A stretch of DNA of 35,456 nucleotides from Actinomycetales bacterium (lineage in GTDB: Bacteria; Actinomycetota; Actinomycetes; Actinomycetales; Dermatophilaceae). The translations under genes were made by a program, and so were the position numbers. Of this stretch, positions 1-8,310 are shown piece after piece. The stretch's first letter is position 1; each line of letters starts with the position of its first letter. The stretch covers positions 1 to 35,456 of the forward strand of contig JBBQUB010000001.1 in assembly GCA_038212865.1 (NCBI GenBank), read 5' to 3'. The notes below the pieces were generated by a model. That model saw only the letters and a list, made by a program, of their open reading frames with translations, made no database searches and was not told where the DNA came from.

Positions 1-2
1 GC

Positions 3-752
3 GAGTTCGAGTGGATAACGTCGGACGGTCGGCGTGCGAAGAACCACCTACTCGAGGCGAACCTGCGGCTCGTGGTCTCCCTCGCCAAGCGGTACACCGG
101 GCGCGGCATGCTCTTTCTGGACCTGATCCAGGAGGGCAACCTCGGCCTGATCCGCGCCGTGGAGAAGTTCGACTACACCAAGGGCTACAAGTTCTCGACG
201 TACGCCACCTGGTGGATCCGTCAGGCGATCACCCGCGCGATGGCCGATCAGGCCCGCACCATCCGGATCCCGGTCCACATGGTCGAGGTCATCAACAAGC
301 TCGCCAGGGTCCAGCGCCAGATGCTCCAGGACCTCGGTCGCGAGCCCACGCCCGAGGAGCTCGCCAAGGAGCTCGACATGACCCCTGAGAAGGTCGTCGA
401 GGTCCAGAAGTACGGCCGCGAGCCGATCTCGTTGCACACCCCGCTCGGTGAGGATGGCGACAGCGAGTTCGGTGACCTGATCGAGGATTCCGAGGCAGTC
501 GTCCCGGCCGATGCCGTGTCATTCACCTTGCTTCAGGAGCAGCTGCACTCCGTCCTGGACACGCTCTCCGAGCGCGAGGCCGGCGTTGTCTCGATGAGGT
601 TCGGTCTCACGGACGGTCAGCCCAAAACGCTGGACGAGATCGGCAAGGTCTACGGGGTGACCCGAGAGCGGATCCGTCAGATCGAGTCCAAGACGATGAG
701 CAAGCTCCGTCACCCATCGCGTTCACAGGTCCTTCGGGACTACCTGGACTGA
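3..752 (+). CDS. rpoD: RNA polymerase principal sigma factor (RpoD/SigA/HrdB type), C-terminal ~250 aa; the 5' end lies outside the window
   Basis: The frame is open from nt 3 ([31 protein letters not shown], region 2.1). It contains the RpoD box [34 protein letters not shown], a region 3, and the region 4.2 [44 protein letters not shown]. Stop TGA at 750-752. Confidence 0.95.
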   Translation, partial: EFEWITSDGRRAKNHLLEANLRLVVSLAKRYTGRGMLFLDLIQEGNLGLIRAVEKFDYTKGYKFSTYATWWIRQAITRAMADQARTIRIPVHMVEVINKLARVQRQMLQDLGREPTPEELAKELDMTPEKVVEVQKYGREPISLHTPLGEDGDSEFGDLIEDSEAVVPADAVSFTLLQEQLHSVLDTLSEREAGVVSMRFGLTDGQPKTLDEIGKVYGVTRERIRQIESKTMSKLRHPSRSQVLRDYLD

Positions 753-1175
753 AGTCACCACTTCCCTCATGGCGTACTCCTGATCGACCTTGGCCTCCAA
801 TCTGGTCTGCCAGTGTCGGCTGAGCTCTGACTGCGGACCTGACCGACAGGCCCGCGGATCCCTATCGGACCACCCTTCAGTACCCCATGACCGGATTTCG
901 AGCGCGCCCTCACCCCGATCTGCGACGCCAGCCGTCCAACGAGGGATGCAGTCACGATGGACCACTTTCAAGGCGTGGTGATGTGGTACTGAGTGGCGGC
1001 CTTCGCGGTCCTGACAGTCAATGGGCTGACCACGAGCTGGATGGAGCAGGGTCAGCCCGGTCCTTGAAGGACCTGGACCGAACTCCGGTCGCTCGTCAGC
1101 CGAGACGTGAGTTCTCCTGACGCGACCTGGAGAATGCACGATCGCGCAACTGCCTGAGTGCCCATCGTGCGCGGC

Positions 1176-3575
1176 TCAATGGCGGTGGGAGAGCCAGTGG
1201 CGGACAACGTCGTCCACGTCGCGCAGTGGAGCCCGAACCCGCCAGACGACGTCCGCCTTGGCAGACCGGAGCTGAGCCAGGCCCGTGCTGGGCCACAGGG
1301 CCGCACGAACGCGGTCGCCGGGGCGGCGGGTTGCAGCGGCGGCGTGGAGCACCTGCCGGGCGTCATCGATGAGGCTGTCTGGCGACGGACCCACGGCGGC
1401 ATAGCGCGTCCGCTCGAGGGTCTGGACGACCCTGCCGAGGGCCTCTGAGGCAGGACCCTCAAGGTCCGCCGCTCGCTGGTAGTAGGCGAGTAGCTGGCGT
1501 GGTGTGCGACTTGGTGCAGGCGCGATCCCGAGATCGCCAAGCGAAGACGTCAGAATCTCCCATTGCACCTCTACGCGTTGGGCAGCAGTGCGTGCCGACC
1601 TGAGGTTGCGTCGACGACGCCAACGGGCCGCAGTGGGCACAACCAGGGACCCGAGCAGACCGACCAGGGACCCCAGCAGGACGAGTCCCCAACCGCGGGT
1701 CAGCCACCTGAGTACGGAGGCTGGGCTGAGGCCGACGTCTGCTGTCGTGCCGTCCTTCGTCGTGGCAGCATCCAGATCCTTGATCGGGCTGTTGCGCGGC
1801 GCCGCCGTCGCATCGCCGCCTGGCGTTGCGCCAGCCGAAGTCCCGGAAGTGGCCGCGGGAATGGCGTAGGCGGGTGGTGCGGCCCGCGACGGTGTGGGTT
1901 CGAACCGGGTCCAGCCGATGCCGTCGAGATAAAGCTCCGGCCAGGTATGGGCATCTGAGGCGGTGACAGTCCAGGTGCCCTTGCTCGAGGTGCCAGGCAG
2001 GAAACCAATGGCCATCCGTGCAGGGATGTTAGCAGCGCGCGACATCATCACCATGGCCGTGGCGAACTGCACGCAGTAGCCCTGTTTGGTTTGCAGGAAG
2101 TTCGTCAGCGGGTCGAGGCCGGTTCCGGACTCGTCCCTGATCGTTGGAGCCAGGATCAAAGAGTAGGTAAACCCTCCGCTGGCCCTCAGGTACTGCTGGA
2201 TGGCCATGGCCTTGTCGTAGGCCGTGGTCTTGCCGGTTGTGAGGCGCTCGGACAGGGCGGTGATGGTTCTGGCGGACCGCTCGTCCAGGTCCAGCGGGGT
2301 GTGAACGCGCTCTCCGTCGAACTCAAAGCGCTCATCGAAGGTACTGGGGGGCGTCGTCCCCCTCTGCAACATCGGCGCCGTGGGCTCGAGGCGCCAGTAC
2401 GAGGCAGCGTAGGAGTCTGGACGCTGAGCCACACTGATGACCTGGGTCCGGGTGTCCACCGCCCACTCGACGCCGTCCAGGTCGGCCGCGATCAGCGGGT
2501 AGGGCGCGGCCAGATTTGGCTCGTGGAGCAAGTTGCGATTGAAAACCATCGCGAAACGCTTTTTGGGGACATCGCTGAAGAGCCCGGTTTTTTCGGGGAC
2601 GACGGGGTTCCCAGACGGGTTCGAGGTGACTACCCGCTGCGGTCGCCATACGCCCTCGTCGGACTCGTAGAAGGAGCTGACTGCTACTCGCAGCGGAGGC
2701 GGCAAGGGATCGGTGGTGGTGTACTCGAGGACTGGGGCCGTGCTGCGGCTGTTGAGATCCGCAGCCAGGTCGAGGCTGAGCGAGAAACCGACGGTGCCCG
2801 ACCCGTTGCCGCTGGCCAGCACGTTCCGGCCAAGTCCGGACGTGAGGAAATGCGGCGGCAGGTGGGGTAGGACGACGGGCATCGCGGCGGCCGTGATCAG
2901 TGCGCCTATGCCCAACGTCCGCGCGATCGAGGCAAAGCCGTGGACGCCTTGGGCGTCGAAGTTGGCCCTGACCGGCGTGCGTGGCGCTGACGCGGTGGTC
3001 GCCCAACGGCGGAGGACGGCGCTCCCCTGCCGGGCGACCAGGACGAGCCACATGGCGGCAGCTGCGACGAAGAAGATGACCGGCATGGACGAGCCGCTGT
3101 TGGCGGCTCCGGCCAGGAACGCGATGAGCAAAGGCAGACCGGCCAGCGCCGGCGAGCGGAGGGTGACGGCGAGGTAGTCGACCGCGAGGGCGACCAGAGC
3201 GAGGGCGCAACCTACGACAAAGGCAAGCCCTGGCGTCGTGGGTGCCGGCGCGGCATACGCTTGCCCCGTGGTAATGGCCTCGGCGACCAGCCTGGCCCCG
3301 ACCCGCATGGTCTCGAAGGTCGGCAGACCGTGCCAGAGATGACCCTGCCCATAGACCGCACTCGCGGTCAGGACGGCACACACCAGCTGCACCATCAGCA
3401 CCTGCCAGGACCTGAGGGCCAGCAACCTGGCGCCAATGCCGCTGAGCGCGATCACGGCGAGCAGAGCGACGGTGCCCTTGAGCCACGTGGGCTCGGCCAG
3501 CAGGGTGGAAACAGGCCAAGCCGCCGTCAGTGTCGCTGTGGCGGCCAGCGTTGCATCCACGCCGCGGCCCTTCAC
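1176..3575 (-). CDS. TgpA-like membrane transglutaminase (multi-TM N-terminal region, transglutaminase core, late TM segment and DUF4129-like C-terminal domain)
   Basis: Core motifs are QGYCVQFATAMVMMSRAANIPARMAIGF (Cys), DAHTWPELY (His) and GWTRFEPT (acidic residue). Several hydrophobic helices fill the first ~250 aa, and a TM segment (GWGLVLLGSLVGLLGSLVV) precedes an Arg-rich stretch. The longest ORF starts at 3659, but the GTG at 3575-3573 makes a GTGA overlap with the DUF58 stop (3574-3572), so 3575 is preferred. Starts at 3560 or 3659 remain possible. Confidence 0.85.
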   Translation of the reverse strand: MKGRGVDATLAATATLTAAWPVSTLLAEPTWLKGTVALLAVIALSGIGARLLALRSWQVLMVQLVCAVLTASAVYGQGHLWHGLPTFETMRVGARLVAEAITTGQAYAAPAPTTPGLAFVVGCALALVALAVDYLAVTLRSPALAGLPLLIAFLAGAANSGSSMPVIFFVAAAAMWLVLVARQGSAVLRRWATTASAPRTPVRANFDAQGVHGFASIARTLGIGALITAAAMPVVLPHLPPHFLTSGLGRNVLASGNGSGTVGFSLSLDLAADLNSRSTAPVLEYTTTDPLPPPLRVAVSSFYESDEGVWRPQRVVTSNPSGNPVVPEKTGLFSDVPKKRFAMVFNRNLLHEPNLAAPYPLIAADLDGVEWAVDTRTQVISVAQRPDSYAASYWRLEPTAPMLQRGTTPPSTFDERFEFDGERVHTPLDLDERSARTITALSERLTTGKTTAYDKAMAIQQYLRASGGFTYSLILAPTIRDESGTGLDPLTNFLQTKQGYCVQFATAMVMMSRAANIPARMAIGFLPGTSSKGTWTVTASDAHTWPELYLDGIGWTRFEPTPSRAAPPAYAIPAATSGTSAGATPGGDATAAPRNSPIKDLDAATTKDGTTADVGLSPASVLRWLTRGWGLVLLGSLVGLLGSLVVPTAARWRRRRNLRSARTAAQRVEVQWEILTSSLGDLGIAPAPSRTPRQLLAYYQRAADLEGPASEALGRVVQTLERTRYAAVGPSPDSLIDDARQVLHAAAATRRPGDRVRAALWPSTGLAQLRSAKADVVWRVRAPLRDVDDVVRHWLSHRH

Positions 3576-4837
3576 CGCCCCGCTCCGGTCATCACGGCGG
3601 TGCCGGCCGACACGCTGTCCCACGCCTGCGCGACCGTCATCCCTGAGCGGACGACGCACGTGCTCCAGCCGGCAGCGGCGACCAGCGACGCGAGCGCCCG
3701 TGCCTGCTCCGTCGGCGGCCCGGTGTGTCCTGAGTCAAAGCTCTTGGAGTCGAGCAGGAACAGAAGGCCGGTGCCGCCTGGCTGGCGCAGCGAGGCAACA
3801 CGCCGCAGCACGGCTTCGTCGTGGTCCGTGACGATGGCGATCACGAGGCCGCCGGCCGTGGTCAGTGGATGTGCCCAGTGGAGCACCTGTTGGAGCTCTT
3901 GGTCCACGCCGAGACGGGCCACGGCCAGCGAGGCCAGGGCCTTGTCGATCTCGATGGTCTGGGCCGCCTCGCCCCCGGCGATCGTCTCGCTGCACACCAG
4001 GTGAAGTGCGTAGCTGTGCCCGGCCAGGTGGGTGGCGATGGAGGCAGCCGCTGTGACGGCCCACTCAAAAGACCCCAGGGCGCCTGAGCCCCCATGCCCA
4101 CCGTCGCGCGAGTCCACCACGATGACGGCTCGACGCCGGGCAGGGCGGTCCTCCTGGCGCACCATCAGCTCGGACCGATGGGCTGTTGCCGGCCAGTGGA
4201 TCCGGCGAAGGTCATCGCCATCGCGGTACGTGCGGATGGCCACGTCATCCTCGCCGTGCAGGGCAACCATGTGGGGGATCGCGCCCTCCGCGCCAACGCC
4301 GTCCCCGCGGGGTCGTCCGGTTCCGAGGATCTCGATGCGGGGCAGGACCAGAACTTCGGTCGAGCCGGGCAGAGATGTTGCGATGGTGGCCAGGCCAAAG
4401 GGATCTCGCGCGCGCAGTGTCAGGGGCCCAAGCTGGTGACGTCCCCGAACGTGGGAGCGGATCTCGTAGTCCACCTCGCGGATCTCGCCAGCCTCCATGG
4501 GCGGCAGCACGAAGCGTGGTCGGTCGCCCAGCACGAAGTCGATCCGTTCCTCACCCAACTGCAGCTGGGTGCGCAGACCCGACGCGTTCTCGAAGACGAC
4601 CGCGACCTTGGCGCTCTGGTCGACGACGAGCCGGACTGGGTGAACGGTGCGGGTGACCAGGATGCTGTCCCTTCCTCGCCTCGTTGACAGGGCGGCAAGC
4701 AAAGGCAACGCGGCCAGGAGCACTCCGACGCGGGTGATGTCGGTGAAACCGAGCAGCAGACCGCCGACGACCAGGGTCAGGCCGGCTGCCATGAAGGCTC
4801 GGCCGCGAGCGGTCAGGATGTCTCGGATGCGGTTCAC
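3572..4837 (-). CDS. DUF58 domain-containing protein (vWA-like fold), middle gene of the MoxR operon
   Basis: DUF58 signature IRTYRDGDDLRRIHWPATAHRSELMVRQ. Two N-terminal TM helices (AFMAAGLTLVVGGLLLGF / VGVLLAALPLLAAL). A vWA-like strand VIVVDSRDG carries a degenerate MIDAS motif. GTG start at 4837, 32 nt downstream of the MoxR stop. Confidence 0.85.
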   Translation of the reverse strand: MNRIRDILTARGRAFMAAGLTLVVGGLLLGFTDITRVGVLLAALPLLAALSTRRGRDSILVTRTVHPVRLVVDQSAKVAVVFENASGLRTQLQLGEERIDFVLGDRPRFVLPPMEAGEIREVDYEIRSHVRGRHQLGPLTLRARDPFGLATIATSLPGSTEVLVLPRIEILGTGRPRGDGVGAEGAIPHMVALHGEDDVAIRTYRDGDDLRRIHWPATAHRSELMVRQEDRPARRRAVIVVDSRDGGHGGSGALGSFEWAVTAAASIATHLAGHSYALHLVCSETIAGGEAAQTIEIDKALASLAVARLGVDQELQQVLHWAHPLTTAGGLVIAIVTDHDEAVLRRVASLRQPGGTGLLFLLDSKSFDSGHTGPPTEQARALASLVAAAGWSTCVVRSGMTVAQAWDSVSAGTAVMTGAGR

Positions 4838-4869
4838 TGTTTTCGACCGGCCTCTGCCCTTGATGCCGT

Positions 4870-5847
4870 TCAGCGCGCCGACGACGGAACGGGGACGCGT
4901 CGGACGATCTCGGACAAGACGTCGGCGCTGGTGCGTCGGGCAAGCTGCGTCTCGCCCGCCACGATCATCCGGTGGGCCAGAACGGGCACGACCAGAGCCT
5001 GCACGTCGTCGGGAAGCACGTGATCGCGCCCGGCGAGTGCGGCATAGGCCCGGGAGGCACGAAGGAGGTGCAGGCTGGCTCGCGGGGATGCCCCCAGGCG
5101 TAGCGCCGGGGTGGCGCGGGTAGCGGTGGTGAGGTCCACCACATACTGCTTGATGGCGGCACTGGTGTGCATGGTCCGCACGGTCTCGATGAGCTTGGCG
5201 ATCGTGTCGCCGTCGGTCACCGACACCATCTCCTCGAGCGGGAACGCGCCGCCGTGGCTGTCCAGCATCGCGACCTCGGCGGCGACGGATGGGTAACCCA
5301 TCGAGATGCGCGCCATGAAGCGGTCACGCTGGGCCTCGGGCAACGGGTACGTGCCCTCCATCTCGATCGGGTTCTGGGTGGCCATCACGATGAAAGGCTT
5401 GTGCAGCTCGTAAGTCTGTCCGTCGACGGTGACCTGGCCCTCTTCCATGCATTCCAGCAGTGCCGACTGCGTCTTGGGGGAGGCGCGGTTGATCTCGTCA
5501 CCGACGACGACGTTGGCGAAGATCGCGCCCTGCCGGAACTCGAAGTCGCGCAGGTCCTGGTTGAAGACACTGACCCCGGTGATGTCGCTGGGCAGCAGGT
5601 CGGGGGTGAACTGCACCCGACGGACCGAGCAGTCGATGGACTTGGCCAGGGCCTTGGCCAACATGGTCTTGCCGACACCCGGAACGTCCTCGATCAGCAG
5701 ATGTCCCTCGGCGAGCAGGACGGTGATCGCGGTGTTGATCACATCCGGCTTGCCTTCGATGACCGTGGCCATGGCAAGGCGGATCTTGGTGGCCACCTCG
5801 GTCACGAGCTCAAGTCCTGCCCGATCCGTTTCGGAAGATTCAGCCAT
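4870..5847 (-). CDS. MoxR-family AAA+ ATPase
   Basis: Walker A DVPGVGKT, Walker B NVVVGDEINRASPKTQSALLECMEE, and the MoxR-type segment VMATQNPIEMEGTYPLPEAQRDRF. The ORF is open up to 6096, but the first 83 codons have no family-like sequence. The ATG at 5847-5845 (MAESSETD...) gives a typical ~325 aa protein. Confidence 0.9.
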   Translation of the reverse strand: MAESSETDRAGLELVTEVATKIRLAMATVIEGKPDVINTAITVLLAEGHLLIEDVPGVGKTMLAKALAKSIDCSVRRVQFTPDLLPSDITGVSVFNQDLRDFEFRQGAIFANVVVGDEINRASPKTQSALLECMEEGQVTVDGQTYELHKPFIVMATQNPIEMEGTYPLPEAQRDRFMARISMGYPSVAAEVAMLDSHGGAFPLEEMVSVTDGDTIAKLIETVRTMHTSAAIKQYVVDLTTATRATPALRLGASPRASLHLLRASRAYAALAGRDHVLPDDVQALVVPVLAHRMIVAGETQLARRTSADVLSEIVRRVPVPSSAR

Positions 5848-6032
5848 GACCTGATTTTGCACGAGTCCTTCGCGTGCGGCGCCAATAGCGCTCAACGTAC
5901 CTCCGTGGCTCGTGGGTTGTTCCTCGATCCTCCCCCACTTCGCACTCCACGTCATCTGAGGCGGCACATTTATTGAAAGGGTCTCACGTGCTGGGCTCCT
6001 TGGTGGTTCTTCCTCCACCCAGGTCGCGCGGC

Positions 6033-6111
6033 TTGACCTGCAGATACAGCCAGTAAATTTGAAGTCTCTGCTCAGATCGTCTACCAGGTGGTGCAAAGTG
6101 GAGTAATGTGG
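6033..6111 (+). promoter_or_regulatory. Candidate mraZ/dcw promoter plus probable MraZ operator (three phased GTGG boxes)
   Basis: GTGG occurs at 6088-6091, 6098-6101 and 6108-6111, exactly 10 bp apart (taccagGTGG tgcaaaGTGG agtaatGTGG). The middle unit reads AAAGTGG. Upstream lies TTGACC (6033-6038), then 15 nt, then TAAATT (6054-6059) in a locally AT-rich patch. The 15-nt spacer is shorter than ideal, so the promoter assignment is tentative. Confidence 0.5.
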
Positions 6112-6174
6112 GGATCAGGTTGAACGGTCGCCATCAACGGCCGCAAAGGTTGGTCTAACGGGAGGAGGCGCACT

Positions 6175-6606
6175 GTGTTTCTGGGTACGCACACCCCCCG
6201 GCTCGATGACAAGGGCCGCCTGTTCCTGCCCGCCAAGTTCCGCGACCGTCTCGCCGGGGGTCTGGTGGTGACCCGTGGCCAGGAGCGGTGCCTCTACGTC
6301 TTCCCGATGGACGAGTTCGTCCGGGTTGCCGAGATCGCGCGCAACGCTCCGGTGACGAGCAAGGCCACCCGCGACTACCTCCGGGTGTTCCTGTCCGGCG
6401 CCTCCGATGAGATCCCGGACAAGCAGGGCAGGGTGACCATTCCCGCAAAGCTGCGCGAGTACGCCGGACTCACCCGCGACTGCACGGTCATCGGCGCCGG
6501 ATCGCGCGTGGAGCTGTGGGACACGACTGCATGGGACACCTACCTCGAGGGCACCGAGCAGGCCTTCTCCGATCAGTCCGAGGAGGTGATCCCCGGACTC
6601 CTGTGA
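6175..6606 (+). CDS. mraZ: Transcriptional regulator MraZ
   Basis: [26 protein letters not shown] plus a second half-domain [15 protein letters not shown], the duplicated MraZ/SpoVT-AbrB-like DxxxR motifs. GTG start preceded by the SD GGAGGAGG (6161-6168). Confidence 0.97.
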   Translation: MFLGTHTPRLDDKGRLFLPAKFRDRLAGGLVVTRGQERCLYVFPMDEFVRVAEIARNAPVTSKATRDYLRVFLSGASDEIPDKQGRVTIPAKLREYAGLTRDCTVIGAGSRVELWDTTAWDTYLEGTEQAFSDQSEEVIPGLL

Positions 6607-6813
6607 TCCATGCCCCCGTGACCGACCCAGCCCCTGAGGCCTGGTCTCCACCCGCTCCGCGTCCCGACATCACTTCCCCGATGGCGGGCCGCACCTCCTT
6701 GAAGCGGTTGGGGACCTGACACCAGGGACCGGCCAGCACTACAGAACCTGAATGAAACAGGACCAACACCACACCTTGCAGGAACCGTTACCAGCCAACC
6801 GAAAGACGCATCG
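6607..6813 (+). promoter_or_regulatory. Long mraZ-rsmH spacer; candidate location of the actinobacterial mraW (rsmH) leader RNA motif and/or an internal promoter
   Basis: 207 nt with no credible ORF. The 5' half is GC-rich with possible pairings (CCCCGA 6676-6681 with TTGGGG 6708-6713; CCGC/GCGG inside). The 3' ~80 nt are C/A-rich and G-poor. Only a weak SD precedes the rsmH ATG. The assignment rests on position, and I could not fold or score the motif. Confidence 0.3.
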
Positions 6814-7812
6814 ATGAACGCTCGCGGGACAGCGCCGGCCCGGCACGTGCCTGTCCTTCGCGACCGCATTCTCGAGCTGCTCACCCCCGCGCTGCAGGTG
6901 CCGGGCTCGGTCATGGTGGATGCCACAGTGGGGATGGGCGGTCATTCCGAGTCGATCCTGGAGCAATGCCCGAGCGCACGGGTCGTGGGCATCGACCGCG
7001 ACAGGGACGCCCTGAGCCTGGCCGGAGAGCGACTGGCTCGCTTCGGTGAACGGTTCACCCCCGTCCATGCCGTGTATGACGAGCTCCCGCAGGTCCTGGC
7101 CGACCTGGGCCTGACCGGCCGATCAGGTCCTGCCTCCGTGTCTGCGGTTCTGCTGGATCTCGGAGTGTCCTCATTGCAGCTCGACGAGCACGACCGCGGG
7201 TTCGCCTACCGGCTTGACGCACCCCTGGACATGCGGATGGACCAGAGCGGGGGAGTCACCGCCGCCCACATCCTGAACACCTATGGACAAGCCGAGCTCG
7301 AACGCATCCTGCGCGACTACGGCGAAGAGCGATTCGCCAAGCGCGTGGCCTCGGCCGTGGTGCGCGAGCGTGAACGGCAACCATTCGCCACGTCGGCACG
7401 GCTGGTCGAGCTGCTTCGTTCGACGATTCCCGTCGCCTCCCAGAAGAGCGGCGGGCACCCCGGCAAGCGCACCTTCCAGGCGTTGCGGATCGAGGTCAAT
7501 GGCGAGCTTCAAGCGCTGGAGGCCGTTCTTCCGGTGGCCATCGACGCGCTGGCGGTGGGCGGTCGCATCGCGGTCCTGAGCTACCACTCCCTGGAGGATC
7601 GGCTGACGAAGCAGGCGCTGGCCGCGGGCTCACACAGCAGCACCCCTGAAGGTCTGCCGGTCGAGCTGCCTGAGCACGCGGCATACCTCCGCCTGCTCAC
7701 CCGCGGAGCCGAAGAGCCCAGTGCCGCCGAGGTCAGCAGCAACCCGCGCGCAGCATCGGCCCGGCTGCGGGCCGCCGAAAGAACCCGGATCTCGAAAGGA
7801 CGCCCCGCATGA
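6814..7812 (+). CDS. rsmH: 16S rRNA (cytosine1402-N4)-methyltransferase RsmH (MraW)
   Basis: Motifs [16 protein letters not shown] (SAM binding), [27 protein letters not shown] and SYHSLEDR. The stop overlaps the next start (ATGA at 7809-7812). Confidence 0.96.
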   Translation: MNARGTAPARHVPVLRDRILELLTPALQVPGSVMVDATVGMGGHSESILEQCPSARVVGIDRDRDALSLAGERLARFGERFTPVHAVYDELPQVLADLGLTGRSGPASVSAVLLDLGVSSLQLDEHDRGFAYRLDAPLDMRMDQSGGVTAAHILNTYGQAELERILRDYGEERFAKRVASAVVRERERQPFATSARLVELLRSTIPVASQKSGGHPGKRTFQALRIEVNGELQALEAVLPVAIDALAVGGRIAVLSYHSLEDRLTKQALAAGSHSSTPEGLPVELPEHAAYLRLLTRGAEEPSAAEVSSNPRAASARLRAAERTRISKGRPA

Positions 7813-8306
7813 GCCAGATGACGTCCGAGGCACGAGCTGGTGCCCGGCCCCTCAAGAGGCCGTCCACGTCCACACCCAGACTGCGCGTGGTCACGGGGGC
7901 GGCCCCCCGCCGCGGCGCAGCGTTCGTCATCATCTGTGTGACCCTGCTGGCGGCTGGGCTGATCGGTCTCCTGCTCCTCAATACTGCTCTCGCCCAGGGC
8001 TCCTTCACCTTGCATGACCTCAAGGCAGCCTCCGGAGAGCTCACCGACAAGCAGGACGTCCTGACCCAGTCTTTGGAAGCCTCGAAGTCCCCAGCCAACC
8101 TCGCCGCCGAGGCGGCCAGCATGGGGATGGTGCCGGCGCAGTCGGCAGCCTTCCTTCGGCTGTCCGACGGGCGGGTCTTCGGCGTGGCGAAACCAGCGCG
8201 GCCGGGCCCCGGCTTTACGGTGATGCGAACGACAACGTTGTCGCGTGTTCCGGCCTCAGCCATGGCACTGGCCGCAGGAACGACGGCCAAGCCAGCTACG
8301 AGGTGA
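7809..8306 (+). CDS. ftsL: Cell division protein FtsL-like (single-pass membrane protein with coiled coil)
   Basis: Sits between rsmH and ftsI. It has a basic N-terminus, one TM ([25 protein letters not shown]), then a coiled-coil-like segment and [20 protein letters not shown]. The call rests on position plus architecture, as the sequence is poorly conserved. Confidence 0.7.
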   Translation: MSQMTSEARAGARPLKRPSTSTPRLRVVTGAAPRRGAAFVIICVTLLAAGLIGLLLLNTALAQGSFTLHDLKAASGELTDKQDVLTQSLEASKSPANLAAEAASMGMVPAQSAAFLRLSDGRVFGVAKPARPGPGFTVMRTTTLSRVPASAMALAAGTTAKPATR

Positions 8307-8310
8307 ACAC

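Noticed and set aside
723-1139. ORFs of 62-138 aa in the sigma/transglutaminase spacer as possible small genes or a toxin-antitoxin pair.
   Set aside because: Third-position GC is poor, the peptides are nonsense-like, and one overlaps the sigma factor 3' end. There are no SD sequences.
1891-1912. A GGGTTCGAACCGGG string resembling a tRNA T-arm.
   Set aside because: It is the reverse complement of the codons for RFEPT in the transglutaminase core. No acceptor stem, D-arm or anticodon arm can be built around it.
5848-6096. 5' extensions of the longest ORFs beyond the chosen starts: MoxR to 6096, ftsI from 8245, murD from 14150, murG from 16785, ftsQ from 19795, yggS from 23008, rluD from 27602, dnaE from 28840, and the PEBP gene from 32502.
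   Set aside because: The extensions overlap the preceding gene in another frame or run through non-coding DNA, and they lack family-like sequence. In each case a start codon with a 4-nt overlap, an SD or a -10 element gives a protein of canonical length.
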